A stretch of 58,854 bases of DNA from a virus (lineage: Duplodnaviria > Caudoviricetes): positions 1-58,854 of the IMG/VR virus record IMGVR_UViG_3300042991_000497. One strand, written 5' to 3'. This document shows, in pieces, positions 7,989 to 17,830 of this stretch. Each line of letters begins with the position of its first letter. Position 1 is the stretch's first letter. The position numbers were made by a program, and so were the translations under genes. Under the pieces are notes generated by a model. It did not search any database, was not told where the DNA came from, and saw nothing but the letters and a program-made list of their open reading frames with translations.

Positions 7989-9100
7989 GCAAGTGCAGCG
8001 TCGAGATCCGGGCCAACTCCATCCGCTTGCGGTTCACTCTTGACGGGGTGCCACAACGACCAACGTTGCGCGACGACGAGACAGGTAGACCACTCACGCC
8101 CGATGCAGGCAACGTCAAGTACGCCACCCGCCTGGCCGCCGAGATAGAACGCAAGATGGCGGCTGGCGTGCTCAACATCAGCGAATACTTCCCTGAAATG
8201 TCGAGCGAGACCACGCTGGCCGAACATCTTGATGTGTGGTTCGCCACTGCCCAACGGCTCGCCCCATCGACGCTCAAGTCCTATTGCAGCGCGATCAATT
8301 TTTGGAAGTCTGAGTTGGGCGATCAGGCGCTGCGCGGGCTCACGGTCACCGGCATTCGCACCGCACTCGCGTCGAGAGCCGGGCTCAACGGCAAGACGGT
8401 CAACAACTACGTCTCGGTGCTGAATACAGCGCTGGCACTGGCGCTGGAAGAAGGCCTCGTTGACGCCAACAAAGCGGCCGAGATTGGCTACGAGAAGTGG
8501 CAGCGCAAGCCCCCCGACCCGTTCAGCAAAGTTGAGGTCGAGGCCATCGTCAACTATGCGCGTGAGCACTGGCCGGGGCCGATCCACAGCATGGTTGAAG
8601 CGTGGTTCTTCACGGGGCTGCGCACCGGGGAGGTCTTCGGGATGCGCTGGATCAGTGTCGATCTTGTGAGCGGCTATGCCGAAGTTTCTGAATCAACGGT
8701 GCTTGGTGAGCACCAAGAGTCTACAAAGACAGGCATCACGCGAAACGTCATGCTCAATAGCCGCGCACTGGCCGCTTTCAAACGCCAGTCGGACCACCGC
8801 AGCGGCGTTGAGTTTGTGTGGTTCGACCCACGCAGCGGCGCCCCCTGGGTGGATGAACGCGCTTTCCGCCGCATCTACTGGGAGCCGATGCTGGATGCCT
8901 TGGGCATCCGCTACCGCCGCCCGTACTGCATGCGGCACACCTACGCCACGATGATGCTCATGGCGGGCCGCACACCGGCCTGGTGTGCCAAGCAGCTTGG
9001 GCATTCGATTGAGATGTTCCTGGGCACCTACTCGAAATGGCTTGAAGGCGACCAGGACGCGCGCGAGGTCGCAGGGCTTGAAAGGTGGTTGGCGGCATGA
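7985..9100 (+). CDS. int: Tyrosine recombinase / integrase with N-terminal arm-binding domain
   Basis: TGLRTGE, TKT, YCMRHTYAT, QLGHS..M....Y.KW; N-terminal SIRLRF. Confidence 0.9.
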   Translation: MSKCSVEIRANSIRLRFTLDGVPQRPTLRDDETGRPLTPDAGNVKYATRLAAEIERKMAAGVLNISEYFPEMSSETTLAEHLDVWFATAQRLAPSTLKSYCSAINFWKSELGDQALRGLTVTGIRTALASRAGLNGKTVNNYVSVLNTALALALEEGLVDANKAAEIGYEKWQRKPPDPFSKVEVEAIVNYAREHWPGPIHSMVEAWFFTGLRTGEVFGMRWISVDLVSGYAEVSESTVLGEHQESTKTGITRNVMLNSRALAAFKRQSDHRSGVEFVWFDPRSGAPWVDERAFRRIYWEPMLDALGIRYRRPYCMRHTYATMMLMAGRTPAWCAKQLGHSIEMFLGTYSKWLEGDQDAREVAGLERWLAA

Positions 9101-9711
9101 ACGCAAGTCCTCTCCTTGCTTGGTGCGGTCAAACCGCAGTGATTTTGGCCAGCGGGCCGAGTCTCACCGAAGCTCAGGTGGCTCAAACCGTTCCAACAGC
9201 AGCTGATGCGCCCGTGAGGGTGATTGCGACCAATTCGACCGCGCTGTCTCTTGGCAAGCACGCCGATGTGGTCTACGCGAGCGACATACTTTGGTGGAAG
9301 ACGAACTACCGCGCCATCGACGCGAAACGCGCCTGGACATGTGACCGCGGCGCAGCCGAGCGCTACGGTCTGAACTGGGTCAAGGGCGTGAACCGCCTTG
9401 GCCTGAGCAAAGAGCGGTGGATTCACACGAACGGGAATTCGGGCGCATCGGCCATCAACCTCGCGTACCTCTTCGGTGCTCGGCGTATCCTGCTGCTGGG
9501 CTTCGACATGAAGCTCGGGCCCAAGGGCGAGAAGCATCATCACCCCGATCACCCCTCGCCGATGGTGCAATCGCAGACCTTCGATGATTGGATTCACAAG
9601 TTCGACTTTCTGGCGCGCGATTTGAAAGCCGCTGGGTGCGAAGTCATCAACTGCACAGTGGACACCGCGTTGACGTGCTTCCCCCGCTCAACAGTCGAAA
9701 AGGAAATGTAG
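9097..9711 (+). CDS. Sialyltransferase / Maf(DUF115)-like glycosyltransferase
   Basis: VILASGPSL, VIATN, NSG..AINLAYLFGARRILLLGFD. Confidence 0.65.
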   Translation: MNASPLLAWCGQTAVILASGPSLTEAQVAQTVPTAADAPVRVIATNSTALSLGKHADVVYASDILWWKTNYRAIDAKRAWTCDRGAAERYGLNWVKGVNRLGLSKERWIHTNGNSGASAINLAYLFGARRILLLGFDMKLGPKGEKHHHPDHPSPMVQSQTFDDWIHKFDFLARDLKAAGCEVINCTVDTALTCFPRSTVEKEM

Positions 9712-10040
9712 TGCTCATCGACGAGAAAGGCCAAGAACTGCTCCGCGCTGACCACGACGATCAGGGGGGCACGTTGCCGCCCGGCATGGCAGACCGTGCG
9801 TGCCTTGTAGGGGCCTTTCGGCTGCTCGAAGAGATCGCGCGCAAAGACGACAACTCGCACTATCGCCAAGCCGCGCGCAAGCAGGCCGACGCGCTGAAGA
9901 AGATGCTCAAGCGCCTCGCAAGGGACCGCGACGCCGACCTCACCGACGCTGAACTTTTCAGCGGGCCTCTGCAGAAACTCATCGGCGGGCCCCGCGCCCT
10001 GCCGCCTCCCGACGACGTTCTAACCATCAACATGAAATGA
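9711..10040 (+). CDS. Hypothetical protein
   Basis: Fills the gap, with overlapping start and stop codons on both sides. Confidence 0.55.
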   Translation: MLIDEKGQELLRADHDDQGGTLPPGMADRACLVGAFRLLEEIARKDDNSHYRQAARKQADALKKMLKRLARDRDADLTDAELFSGPLQKLIGGPRALPPPDDVLTINMK

Positions 10041-10801
10041 CAAAACCCACCGCTATCATCACGCTCCGCCAGGAGCCCGCATACCGGCGCGAAGCCTTTG
10101 AGAAGGGGCTTACGCGACTCGGCTATAGGCTCGCCGACCGAGCTACCACGCCCGCTGGACCGCAAGACCTCTTGGTGATGTGGAACAAGAAAGCGGGTCG
10201 CGCCGAAGCCGACGCTGACCTTTGGGAGAAGTGCGGGGGCACGGTCATCGTGGCCGAGAACGCCTACTTGCAGAAGGTCGACAAGACGGCCTATGCCATC
10301 AGCACCCACGGCCACAACGGCTCGGGGTGGTTCCCAACAAACGACGAAGATCGCTTCTCGAAGCTGGGCTTTGAGGTCAAGCCGATGCAAACCCCAGCCG
10401 CCGGGCACATCTTGGTGTGCGGGCAACGTGGCATCGGCAGCAAACTCATGGCCAGCCCTCCACAGTGGGCCGAGAAGTTCGCGAAGAAGTACGTCGCCAA
10501 CGGGGCGCCAGTGCGCATTCGCCTCCACCCCGGCAATTTCGCGCCGGGGGTGCCTTTACTACAGGATCTCGCTGGCGCGCACCGCTGCATGCTCTGGTCG
10601 AGCAGCGCCGGTGTTCGGGCATTGGTCGAAGGCATCGCTACGCGGCACCACGCTCCCCATTGGATCTGCGAAGGGTGGGCGCCCAACCGCGGAACCGCGC
10701 TGAACAAGATGGCCCACGGCCAGTGGTCAGTGGCCGAGATCGAATCGGGCGAGCCCTTCGCTCGCATGCAAGCAGAGAATTGGGGGCCGCGATGGGTCTG
10801 A
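10037..10801 (+). CDS. Capsule-synthesis (KpsS/KpsC-like) GT-B glycosyltransferase
   Basis: ILVCGQ, RIRLHP, WSSSAGVRALVEGI, QWSVAEIESG. Confidence 0.55.
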   Translation: MTKPTAIITLRQEPAYRREAFEKGLTRLGYRLADRATTPAGPQDLLVMWNKKAGRAEADADLWEKCGGTVIVAENAYLQKVDKTAYAISTHGHNGSGWFPTNDEDRFSKLGFEVKPMQTPAAGHILVCGQRGIGSKLMASPPQWAEKFAKKYVANGAPVRIRLHPGNFAPGVPLLQDLAGAHRCMLWSSSAGVRALVEGIATRHHAPHWICEGWAPNRGTALNKMAHGQWSVAEIESGEPFARMQAENWGPRWV

Positions 10802-11505
10802 TAGCGCGACCGGTCGCCGGCAAAAAGAAATCCGAACTCATTTGCCAAGCGTTCATTGATGGGGCGCCGAGCCACGCCCACGGCGAAGTTTTCTACGGTG
10901 TTGACGCGAGCAACATCAAGCACTGGAATCGAGTGCTACGCGCGAGGGCCCCGTATTACTACTGCGACAACTCCTACTTCGATAGCGTGCGGGGAACCCA
11001 GTTCCGGGTCACCAAGAACGCAATGCAAGTCGACACCCGCAAGTACCAGTCGGACGGCTGCCGTTTTGACGCCTTGGACTTGCCCATTGCTCCGGCACAG
11101 TGCAACGCCGATGGGCACTGGGTTCTGATCGAGCAATCCCCCTGGTTCATGTCTCTGATCGGCGAACCTGAATGGTTCAGCGAAACCGGCAAATGGGCCG
11201 CAGGGACCGGGCGCAAAGTGGTCGCGCGCCGTTGGGACGCCGATAAACTGAAGATACAGGCCACTCTATCGGCCGACCTGGTGGGGGCCTGGGGGCTGCT
11301 GACTCACTCATCGGCGGCGGCGGTCACAGCGCTGTTGGCGGGCATCCCTGTTCGCACTGACCGCGCGCACGCTATTGCCTACGTGCGCGTCTCGTCAGAC
11401 AATTCAGTGGACGGCAGGCAACAGGCTTTTGGCGTACTCGCCGACCACCAATTCACCCTCGCCGAAATGAAAGAAGGACTCGCATGGGCAAAGGTTGGTT
11501 CGTAA
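10792..11505 (+). CDS. Second capsule-synthesis-like glycosyltransferase
   Basis: YYCDNSYF, RFDAL, THSSAAAVTALLAGIPV, QFTLAEMKEG; resembles the previous gene. Confidence 0.55.
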   Translation: MGLIARPVAGKKKSELICQAFIDGAPSHAHGEVFYGVDASNIKHWNRVLRARAPYYYCDNSYFDSVRGTQFRVTKNAMQVDTRKYQSDGCRFDALDLPIAPAQCNADGHWVLIEQSPWFMSLIGEPEWFSETGKWAAGTGRKVVARRWDADKLKIQATLSADLVGAWGLLTHSSAAAVTALLAGIPVRTDRAHAIAYVRVSSDNSVDGRQQAFGVLADHQFTLAEMKEGLAWAKVGS

Positions 11506-12032
11506 CAGTCGGCCGCCACGGTGACCGAACGCTCGCGCAGCAGATGCTGGGGCTCGACGAACTGTTTGAATCTTGCAAAGGCAAAACAGTGCTCGACGTG
11601 GGTTGCGCAGAAGGGCTCATTTCGACGGCGCTGGCACGCACCGGCGCCACCGCTGTCCATGGGGTGGAGATCGTCGAAGATCACGTAAAGGTTGGCACTA
11701 AACTGCGAGGGGATCTGCCAGTCACCCTTGAAGTCGGCGATCTGAACACTTGGCGGCCGAAGCGCACCTACGATATCGTCATCGCTCTTGCGCTACTCCA
11801 CAAACTCAAGAACCCAACCGAGGTATGCGCCGCCCTCGCGGCATGCTGCCTGGAGTTGATGGTGCTGCGCTTGCCCCCTGTGCACGCGCCAACCATCGTC
11901 GACGACCGGTCGGGGGGTAACCCACACCACATTGGAGTGACGATGGTGAAAGCAGGCTTTGAACCGGTGTCTAGTGCCTACGACGGGCCGTTCGGTGAAT
12001 GGGTCGGCGTCTACCGCCGGGTGCGAGCATGA
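11484..12032 (+). CDS. Class I SAM-dependent methyltransferase
   Basis: KTVLDVGCAEG, VHGVE, YDIVIALALLHKL. Confidence 0.85.
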   Translation: MGKGWFVTVGRHGDRTLAQQMLGLDELFESCKGKTVLDVGCAEGLISTALARTGATAVHGVEIVEDHVKVGTKLRGDLPVTLEVGDLNTWRPKRTYDIVIALALLHKLKNPTEVCAALAACCLELMVLRLPPVHAPTIVDDRSGGNPHHIGVTMVKAGFEPVSSAYDGPFGEWVGVYRRVRA

Positions 12033-12544
12033 CCGATCGGTTGATCCCTGGCTACCGCGCGATGGTGCAGGCAAACAGTACAAATTTCAATGGTCTGAGC
12101 ATCCTCCAGCACACGAAGCAGATCGGCCGGCTCGCGCGGCTTGTCGGCGCCAAAACCATGCTCGATTTTGGCTGCGGGCGCGGCGACGCTTACCGCTCAC
12201 CGTACAAGGTCCACCACCAGTGGGGCATCTCTCGTTCGGACGTCACGCTGTACGACCCGGCTTTCAACCGGGGCTGTAATCTGCCGCGGGGGCGTTACGA
12301 CCTGGTGGTGTGCAGCGACGTGCTTGAGCACATCCCGGAAGATGAGGTAGACGCGTTTGTCCAGCGGCTATTCAGCTACGCCAAACACGCTGTGTGGGCG
12401 TCGGTGTGCTGTCGAGAAGCGAAGAAGTTCTTTCTCGACGGCGTGACGAACTTGCACGTCACGGTTAGGCCGCGTGGGTGGTGGCTCGACACGCTCGCGA
12501 AACACGCGAACGGCACGCCGTTCGAGTTGGCTGAGACGCTCTGA
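12029..12544 (+). CDS. Class I SAM-dependent methyltransferase
   Basis: MLDFGCGRG, LYDP, YDLVVCSDVLEHIPE. Confidence 0.85.
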   Translation: MTDRLIPGYRAMVQANSTNFNGLSILQHTKQIGRLARLVGAKTMLDFGCGRGDAYRSPYKVHHQWGISRSDVTLYDPAFNRGCNLPRGRYDLVVCSDVLEHIPEDEVDAFVQRLFSYAKHAVWASVCCREAKKFFLDGVTNLHVTVRPRGWWLDTLAKHANGTPFELAETL

Positions 12545-12546
12545 CC

Positions 12547-13299
12547 GTGGGCTTCGGGGACATCCTCATGAGCATCGGTGAGGCCAAGCGGCTTCACCAG
12601 AAGACAGGTGGCCAGAAAGTACTCATCGCGGGGCGCGATGGGCGGCCCGTGAAGTCTGACCTGCTGAACGGCATCCCGTACCTGGTGACTTCACAGCCTG
12701 GCGCGTCGCGGGGCCCTTTCCAACGGCTTGCCGGCGGGCGCCCCTACATCGTGGGCAAAACGAATGAAAGGTGGACGTGGCGCAAGTACCGGCCTCTCCC
12801 CGGCGAGATCGTCTTCACCCAAAGCGAGCTGGAGTTCGCGCAACGCTACCGCGGGCGGGTGATGATCGAACCCCGCACCAAGCCCATTGGGCACGACAAC
12901 AAGGCGTGGCTAGCGCCGCGGTGGCGCGAGCTGGCGCAGGCCCTGGACGCCGAAGGCATCCCCACCATTCAGTGCGCGCCGGACGGCGTGGTGCCGGTTA
13001 CCGATACCAGCGCACTGACCCCCTCGTTCCGCTACGCATGCGCCGTGCTGTCGGTCAGCAAGGCCTTCATCGGCACGGAGGGTGGCCTCATGCACGCGGC
13101 TGCTGCTGTCGGGGTGCCTGGGGTCATCTTGTGGTCGCATTTCATCGCCCCAGAGGTCACAGGGTACAGCATGCACCGCAACATTCGGCACGCCGAAGGA
13201 TGGTGCGGCATGCGCACGAAATGCCCACAATGTGCTGAGTCCATGGCACGAATCACGACCACCGAAGTGGTGGCCAACCTGAAGGAGATCCTCAAGTGA
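12547..13299 (+). CDS. GT9 (ADP-heptosyltransferase-like) glycosyltransferase
   Basis: N-terminal GFGDILM; K.W...W; FIGTEGGLMHAAAAVGVPGVILW; C-terminal Cys cluster. Confidence 0.8.
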   Translation: MGFGDILMSIGEAKRLHQKTGGQKVLIAGRDGRPVKSDLLNGIPYLVTSQPGASRGPFQRLAGGRPYIVGKTNERWTWRKYRPLPGEIVFTQSELEFAQRYRGRVMIEPRTKPIGHDNKAWLAPRWRELAQALDAEGIPTIQCAPDGVVPVTDTSALTPSFRYACAVLSVSKAFIGTEGGLMHAAAAVGVPGVILWSHFIAPEVTGYSMHRNIRHAEGWCGMRTKCPQCAESMARITTTEVVANLKEILK

Positions 13300-13955
13300 A
13301 ACAATTCCAAGGCGTTTGGTTCCCCGCCCACGAAGCCCATCTGCCTGTGTGGATGGAAAAGTCGGGCGAAATCGTCGATGGCCGAGGCACGTACCAGGTC
13401 AACAAGCTGCGCGCCGCTGTGGCCCAGTGCAAGCAGAAGCGCACCGCCATCGACATTGGTGGGCATGTTGGATTGTGGTCGATGCAACTGGCCAAGATAT
13501 TCAACCGCGTCGAGGCATTCGAGCCGGTGGCCGCCCACCGCGACTGCTACATCAAGAACGTGTTGGACGGCGCCACGAAGCGGGTCAACGTGACGCTCCA
13601 CCCATTCGCGCTCGGCAAAGAGGAAGGCCGCGTGGCCATCCACACCACCAAGTTCAGCTCCGGCGATTCGTGGGTGAAGGGCGATGGCGACATTCCGATG
13701 AAGACCCTCGACAGCTTCAACTTCGAGCACGTCGACTTCATCAAGGTGGACACCGAAGGCTACGAGGAGAACATCTTGCGGGGTGGCACCGAGTTGCTTG
13801 TGCGCTGCCGGCCGGTGGTCATCGTCGAGCAAAAGCGCGACATGGCCACGGCCAGGTTCGGCCTGCCGCCGCGCGGCGCCGTGACCTTCCTGGAGAACCT
13901 GGGCTACAAGTTGGTCGAGGAAATGTCTGGCGACTACGTGATGGTGCCGCGATGA
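13296..13955 (+). CDS. FkbM-family methyltransferase
   Basis: IDIGGHVGLWS, VEAFEP, TLDSF..VDFIKVDTEGYE..ILRG..RPVVIVE. Confidence 0.9.
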   Translation: MKQFQGVWFPAHEAHLPVWMEKSGEIVDGRGTYQVNKLRAAVAQCKQKRTAIDIGGHVGLWSMQLAKIFNRVEAFEPVAAHRDCYIKNVLDGATKRVNVTLHPFALGKEEGRVAIHTTKFSSGDSWVKGDGDIPMKTLDSFNFEHVDFIKVDTEGYEENILRGGTELLVRCRPVVIVEQKRDMATARFGLPPRGAVTFLENLGYKLVEEMSGDYVMVPR

Positions 13956-14638
13956 AAATCTATATCGGGTACGACGAAAGGGAGCAGCGAGCCGTCGAGG
14001 TGGCGATCAAGAGTCTGCGCACGGTGGCGCCGGATCTTGAGCCCGAGCTGCTGTGCGCCGCCAAGCTCACCGACCAAGGACTGTTGACGCGCATCGCCGA
14101 CCACCGGGGTGGTCAAGACTACGACCTGGTGAGCAACGCGTTGAAGAGCACGCGCTTCGCGATCTCGCGCTTCTTGACGCCCCTGCTGCATCAAGAGGGC
14201 TACGCTCTCTTCACCGACTGCGACATGGTGTTCATGGAAGACCCCCGCGCCATGCTGCAGGAGGTACGGGCCGACCACGCTGTAAGTGTCGTCAAGCACG
14301 ACTACGTGCCGTCCGCCCAGTGGAAAATGGTGACCCAACGCAATCAGCCGTACCTGCGCAAGAACTGGTCAAGCGTGATGATCTTCAACTGCGATCACCC
14401 GGGAAATCGCCGTCTATCGCTACGTGATGTCAACGAGCGTCCCGGGCGCGATCTGCACAGGTTCTACTGGCTGCATGACGACGAGATCGGCGCGCTCGAC
14501 ACGCGCTGGAACTGGCTCGTTGGGGAGCAACCGAAACCCGACCGAATCGGTATCGCCCACTTCACTCTCGGCGGCCCTTGGTTCGAGGCGTGGCACGGCG
14601 CCGAACACGACGATATCTGGCTGGAGGCAGCAAAATGA
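13952..14638 (+). CDS. GT-A fold glycosyltransferase (GT8-like)
   Basis: KIYIGYDERE, ST.F..SRFLTP, ALFTDCDMVF (DxD), KNWSSVMIFN, WNWLVG, HFTLGGPW. Confidence 0.8.
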   Translation: MKIYIGYDEREQRAVEVAIKSLRTVAPDLEPELLCAAKLTDQGLLTRIADHRGGQDYDLVSNALKSTRFAISRFLTPLLHQEGYALFTDCDMVFMEDPRAMLQEVRADHAVSVVKHDYVPSAQWKMVTQRNQPYLRKNWSSVMIFNCDHPGNRRLSLRDVNERPGRDLHRFYWLHDDEIGALDTRWNWLVGEQPKPDRIGIAHFTLGGPWFEAWHGAEHDDIWLEAAK

Positions 14639-14659
14639 CTGTGGTCGACTCGCTGACGC

Positions 14660-15184
14660 TTACCTGAGCGCTTCAGCTTTCGCGAGCATCTCAGTCTTGA
14701 CCTCGCTGGCGCGCGTGGTGCCGAACCAAAACGCCATCACCATGCCCCAGGCCGTGCCCAGCGATCCCAGCATGATTAGCAAGGCCTGCGAGTCGGCGAT
14801 CTGAAACACCTTGGTCATCATGCCGATCAGTACGCTGAAGTACCCTACCGTGACCATTACGGACAACAAGGCGGGGATGAAACTGCGGGTGGTCTTCTGC
14901 ATGTCGCGCGCACTGGAGCGATCCCCGGCGGCGATGTTCTCAAGGTCGGCCGCCTGCTTGAACCCGAGCGATTGCATCTGCAATGCGAAGGCGTGATCGG
15001 CGTTCTTGAGCGCGAGCAGTTGTTCGGGTGTGGCGCCGCTGATCGCCTGTCGCACCGCGTCGGTGGTCTTCTCGCTGACCCCCAAGGCGCCGGCCACAGC
15101 TTCGACAGCAAGGCCCCCAAGAGGCCCGCCAAGTGCCGTCCCGATCCAAGGTGCAACGGTCTTCACAATCGTCCGCCAATCCAT
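14660..15184 (-). CDS. Holin-like membrane protein (3TM/GTA-type)
   Basis: APWIGTALGGPLGG, DRSSARDMQ, two C-terminal hydrophobic helices ending FWFG; adjacent to the endolysin. Confidence 0.7.
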   Translation of the reverse strand: MDWRTIVKTVAPWIGTALGGPLGGLAVEAVAGALGVSEKTTDAVRQAISGATPEQLLALKNADHAFALQMQSLGFKQAADLENIAAGDRSSARDMQKTTRSFIPALLSVMVTVGYFSVLIGMMTKVFQIADSQALLIMLGSLGTAWGMVMAFWFGTTRASEVKTEMLAKAEALR

Positions 15185-15185
15185 A

Positions 15186-15674
15186 TCAACCTCCTGTTGG
15201 GGCTACCAAAGCCACGGCGCGGGCGTAGTTCTCAGGCCACTTCTCAGGGTGTGGCTTACCTGGCCGCCAATTGCGCTCGTAGTAGAGCCAACTGCCCTGT
15301 GTGTCACCCAATTCAGGTAGTGGCTTTGGGTCGGTGAACAGCAGCAGGCGCGCGAATGCTGCGGCCAGAATGTCATCCGTTGCGAGCTGCGTCCAAATCG
15401 CTCGGGGCTCGAAGCCGCAGTCACGTGCCCGGCACATGAGCCGCGCCTGTTCCGCCGAGGCAGAGTGACGCCACACTCCCCTGACGCCGCCGTTTTCCTC
15501 GAACTGCCAGAACCCGCGCGCGGGCCCCCCGCCGTGCTGCACCCTCGCGGTGAATTCACTTTCTTGCAGGCCTATTGCCAACAGAAGCGCGCGGGCGCGT
15601 GGCGAGTCCAGCGGGAGCGGGAGCATTTTCAACGCTGGTACGACCGCGTTGTCGAGTGCGAATTTGAGTTGCAT
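15186..15674 (-). CDS. Endolysin (lysozyme-like fold)
   Basis: LLAIGLQES..RVQ..GPARGFWQFE..W.YY...WRPGKPHP..W. Confidence 0.75.
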   Translation of the reverse strand: MQLKFALDNAVVPALKMLPLPLDSPRARALLLAIGLQESEFTARVQHGGGPARGFWQFEENGGVRGVWRHSASAEQARLMCRARDCGFEPRAIWTQLATDDILAAAFARLLLFTDPKPLPELGDTQGSWLYYERNWRPGKPHPEKWPENYARAVALVAPTGG

Positions 15675-15755
15675 CTCTCGCTCCTTCAGGTAACCGTAGC
15701 GCCAAACTTTTCAGACTGCGTGACCTCTTTGTACTACAGAATTGACCTGTTTTGG

Positions 15756-17588
15756 TCAGAACGGTGATGGGCGCCCCAACATTTCCCAGATGTAGGACGA
15801 AAGTGTGATGGGGTTCACGCCGTCAAGGCGGGCGCCCGCGGCGCAAAAACCACGAGTGGTGCTAGCGCACATCTGCTGCTTGATGCGCGCCTCGTTCGGC
15901 CAAGGCCACAGCTCAACGCTGGTGACCGTGTTGTAGCCTGGTTGGCCGAATCGTGACCCGTCAGCGCCGATGCGCTTGGTGATGTCCAGATTGAACCCGG
16001 CCGCTGCAAGCGCTGATCCGGCTTCAATGCGCGTCGGGTATAGCAGGCCAGAGGTCATCGGATTGCCAGAGAAGATATCCGTTGGCGTGGTCTGGTTGAA
16101 CGCCCCGCCCGACCAAGTGCCATCCACCGCTACGCGGTTCGCCACATAGGATGAGTTGATGCCGCGGGTTCCAGTGCCGGTCACGATCGCGTTGGACAGC
16201 GTGCCTGTGCGACCTGACGCGACCATTTCCGGCGCGACACGAATCCCGTCACCGGCTTTGACGTTGACCAGCACATTGTTGAGCACGTTCCCAGTGCCCT
16301 CACGCGCCAGATTGAATCCGCCACCCGCAGCGCCGACGGCCGCAATGTCGCGGACGCGCACAGTGGGCGCAAGCGTCTGGCCTACGTCGAGCTCAAAGTA
16401 GTACCCGGTGTCAGGCGCGTTCACCGAGATGGTGCCAAGCCACTCATTGCGGCCTGTGCGATCGGTGTCGCCTGCGAACCGCTCGTGCTGAGCATTGGCG
16501 AAGTCACCATATGGCCCGGCGCCTCCCAACAAAAGACGGTCGAGCACGACAACGTTTTGCAGGCTCACATCGTGGGAGTTGTAGACCGTGATGCCGACGT
16601 TCGGATTCCCGCTGCCCAAGCAAGCGCTGGCTGAGCACCCGTCACCGCGCACGACCACGCGGCGCCAGACATTGCGGTCTGCGCGGTAATTAGAGACGAT
16701 GATGCGCTGTTCGGCCGCCCAAACCCAAACATCTTCGATCAGGTTGTCGGTATTTCCATACTCGTGGTCGTTGGTGCCGATGCCGAGGCCGCCATGGAAC
16801 CCCGAGTCCTTTATCGTGACGAAGCTGGAGTTGTAGAGGGAGCCGCCGCCCTCGAACGTGATGCCTTTCACGGTGATGTAGCTGTCCTTGCGGGTGGAGC
16901 GGCCGATGAACAGCCCAGGCACAACAACATTCCCCGGGTTCTGCGCCCGAACTACCGTGGGCGTGCCAGCTGCGCCGCTTGGGATCTGCGCGCTGCCGGC
17001 GGGGCCCGTCCAACTGATCGCGGAGCTGTAAGTGCCGTCCTGTAGCACCAGCTCACCGCCAGACGGCAGCCGCGCGAAAGCATAGGCAAATGTCCTGCAA
17101 GGGGATGTCTTGCAATCGCCGCTGTCAGTGCCGGAAGGTGACATTAGCAGCGCGCCAGTGGGCGGCTGAGTTGGTTGGCATGCCGTGGCCGGCGCCGAGG
17201 TGGGCGACAACGTGGTTACCACAGTGCAGGCAGGGGGCGCGCTGACCGTTACTGTGGTGGTTTGCGGCCACGGAGGTTCCTTGCCGGCCTCGCACGCAAC
17301 CATAACCGTGCTTGTGCTCGGCTGCACGGTGCACGGTGGGTCTTCCGAGTACATCACCCGGAATGGTCGGATGTCGCTGCACGAATAGTTTGCACTCTTG
17401 TGCGCTACTTCAGCATGGGTGCGTGCTGCCGCGACACAAGCATCACGTGAAGAGTAGATCGGGTCGAGAGCTGTGGTGCCTCTCTTCAACGCCCAAGACT
17501 CGGCAGTCGGCATTGGTGTTGTAGTTGTAGCGGCGAGCGTGGCCGCCACACATGCGGACGTGAACATTCCGATCAAGATGTGCTTCAT
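15756..17588 (-). CDS. Signal-peptide-bearing right-handed beta-helix (pectate-lyase-like) protein
   Basis: MKH plus hydrophobic N-terminus; Cys/Pro/Thr-rich linker; SP.G.D..C..PC.T; L.DGTY; Asn/Val strand repeats. Confidence 0.65.
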   Translation of the reverse strand: MKHILIGMFTSACVAATLAATTTTPMPTAESWALKRGTTALDPIYSSRDACVAAARTHAEVAHKSANYSCSDIRPFRVMYSEDPPCTVQPSTSTVMVACEAGKEPPWPQTTTVTVSAPPACTVVTTLSPTSAPATACQPTQPPTGALLMSPSGTDSGDCKTSPCRTFAYAFARLPSGGELVLQDGTYSSAISWTGPAGSAQIPSGAAGTPTVVRAQNPGNVVVPGLFIGRSTRKDSYITVKGITFEGGGSLYNSSFVTIKDSGFHGGLGIGTNDHEYGNTDNLIEDVWVWAAEQRIIVSNYRADRNVWRRVVVRGDGCSASACLGSGNPNVGITVYNSHDVSLQNVVVLDRLLLGGAGPYGDFANAQHERFAGDTDRTGRNEWLGTISVNAPDTGYYFELDVGQTLAPTVRVRDIAAVGAAGGGFNLAREGTGNVLNNVLVNVKAGDGIRVAPEMVASGRTGTLSNAIVTGTGTRGINSSYVANRVAVDGTWSGGAFNQTTPTDIFSGNPMTSGLLYPTRIEAGSALAAAGFNLDITKRIGADGSRFGQPGYNTVTSVELWPWPNEARIKQQMCASTTRGFCAAGARLDGVNPITLSSYIWEMLGRPSPF

Positions 17589-17830
17589 GGTTGGGGCCCC
17601 AAAGTTTCAGTGATGAGTTGTACCTTCTCTGCGTCTGTGTAAACAGGCGCGAAGGCTACCGCCAACGCGATAGCCACCAGGTTTCTGTACGATTCCAGCT
17701 GCGCGTTCACGCCGTCCATTTCAGTTTGCATTTCAGCGGAGTCCGCCGGTTCCAACCCTGAAAGGATGGTCGACAGCTGAGTTTGCAGACCTGAGAGGAG
17801 GGAAAGTTGAGTGGTAGTCGCCACGGTCAA
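17585..17830 (-). CDS. Hypothetical protein
   Basis: Overlaps both neighbours by 4 nt. Confidence 0.5.
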   Translation of the reverse strand: MTVATTTQLSLLSGLQTQLSTILSGLEPADSAEMQTEMDGVNAQLESYRNLVAIALAVAFAPVYTDAEKVQLITETLGPQP

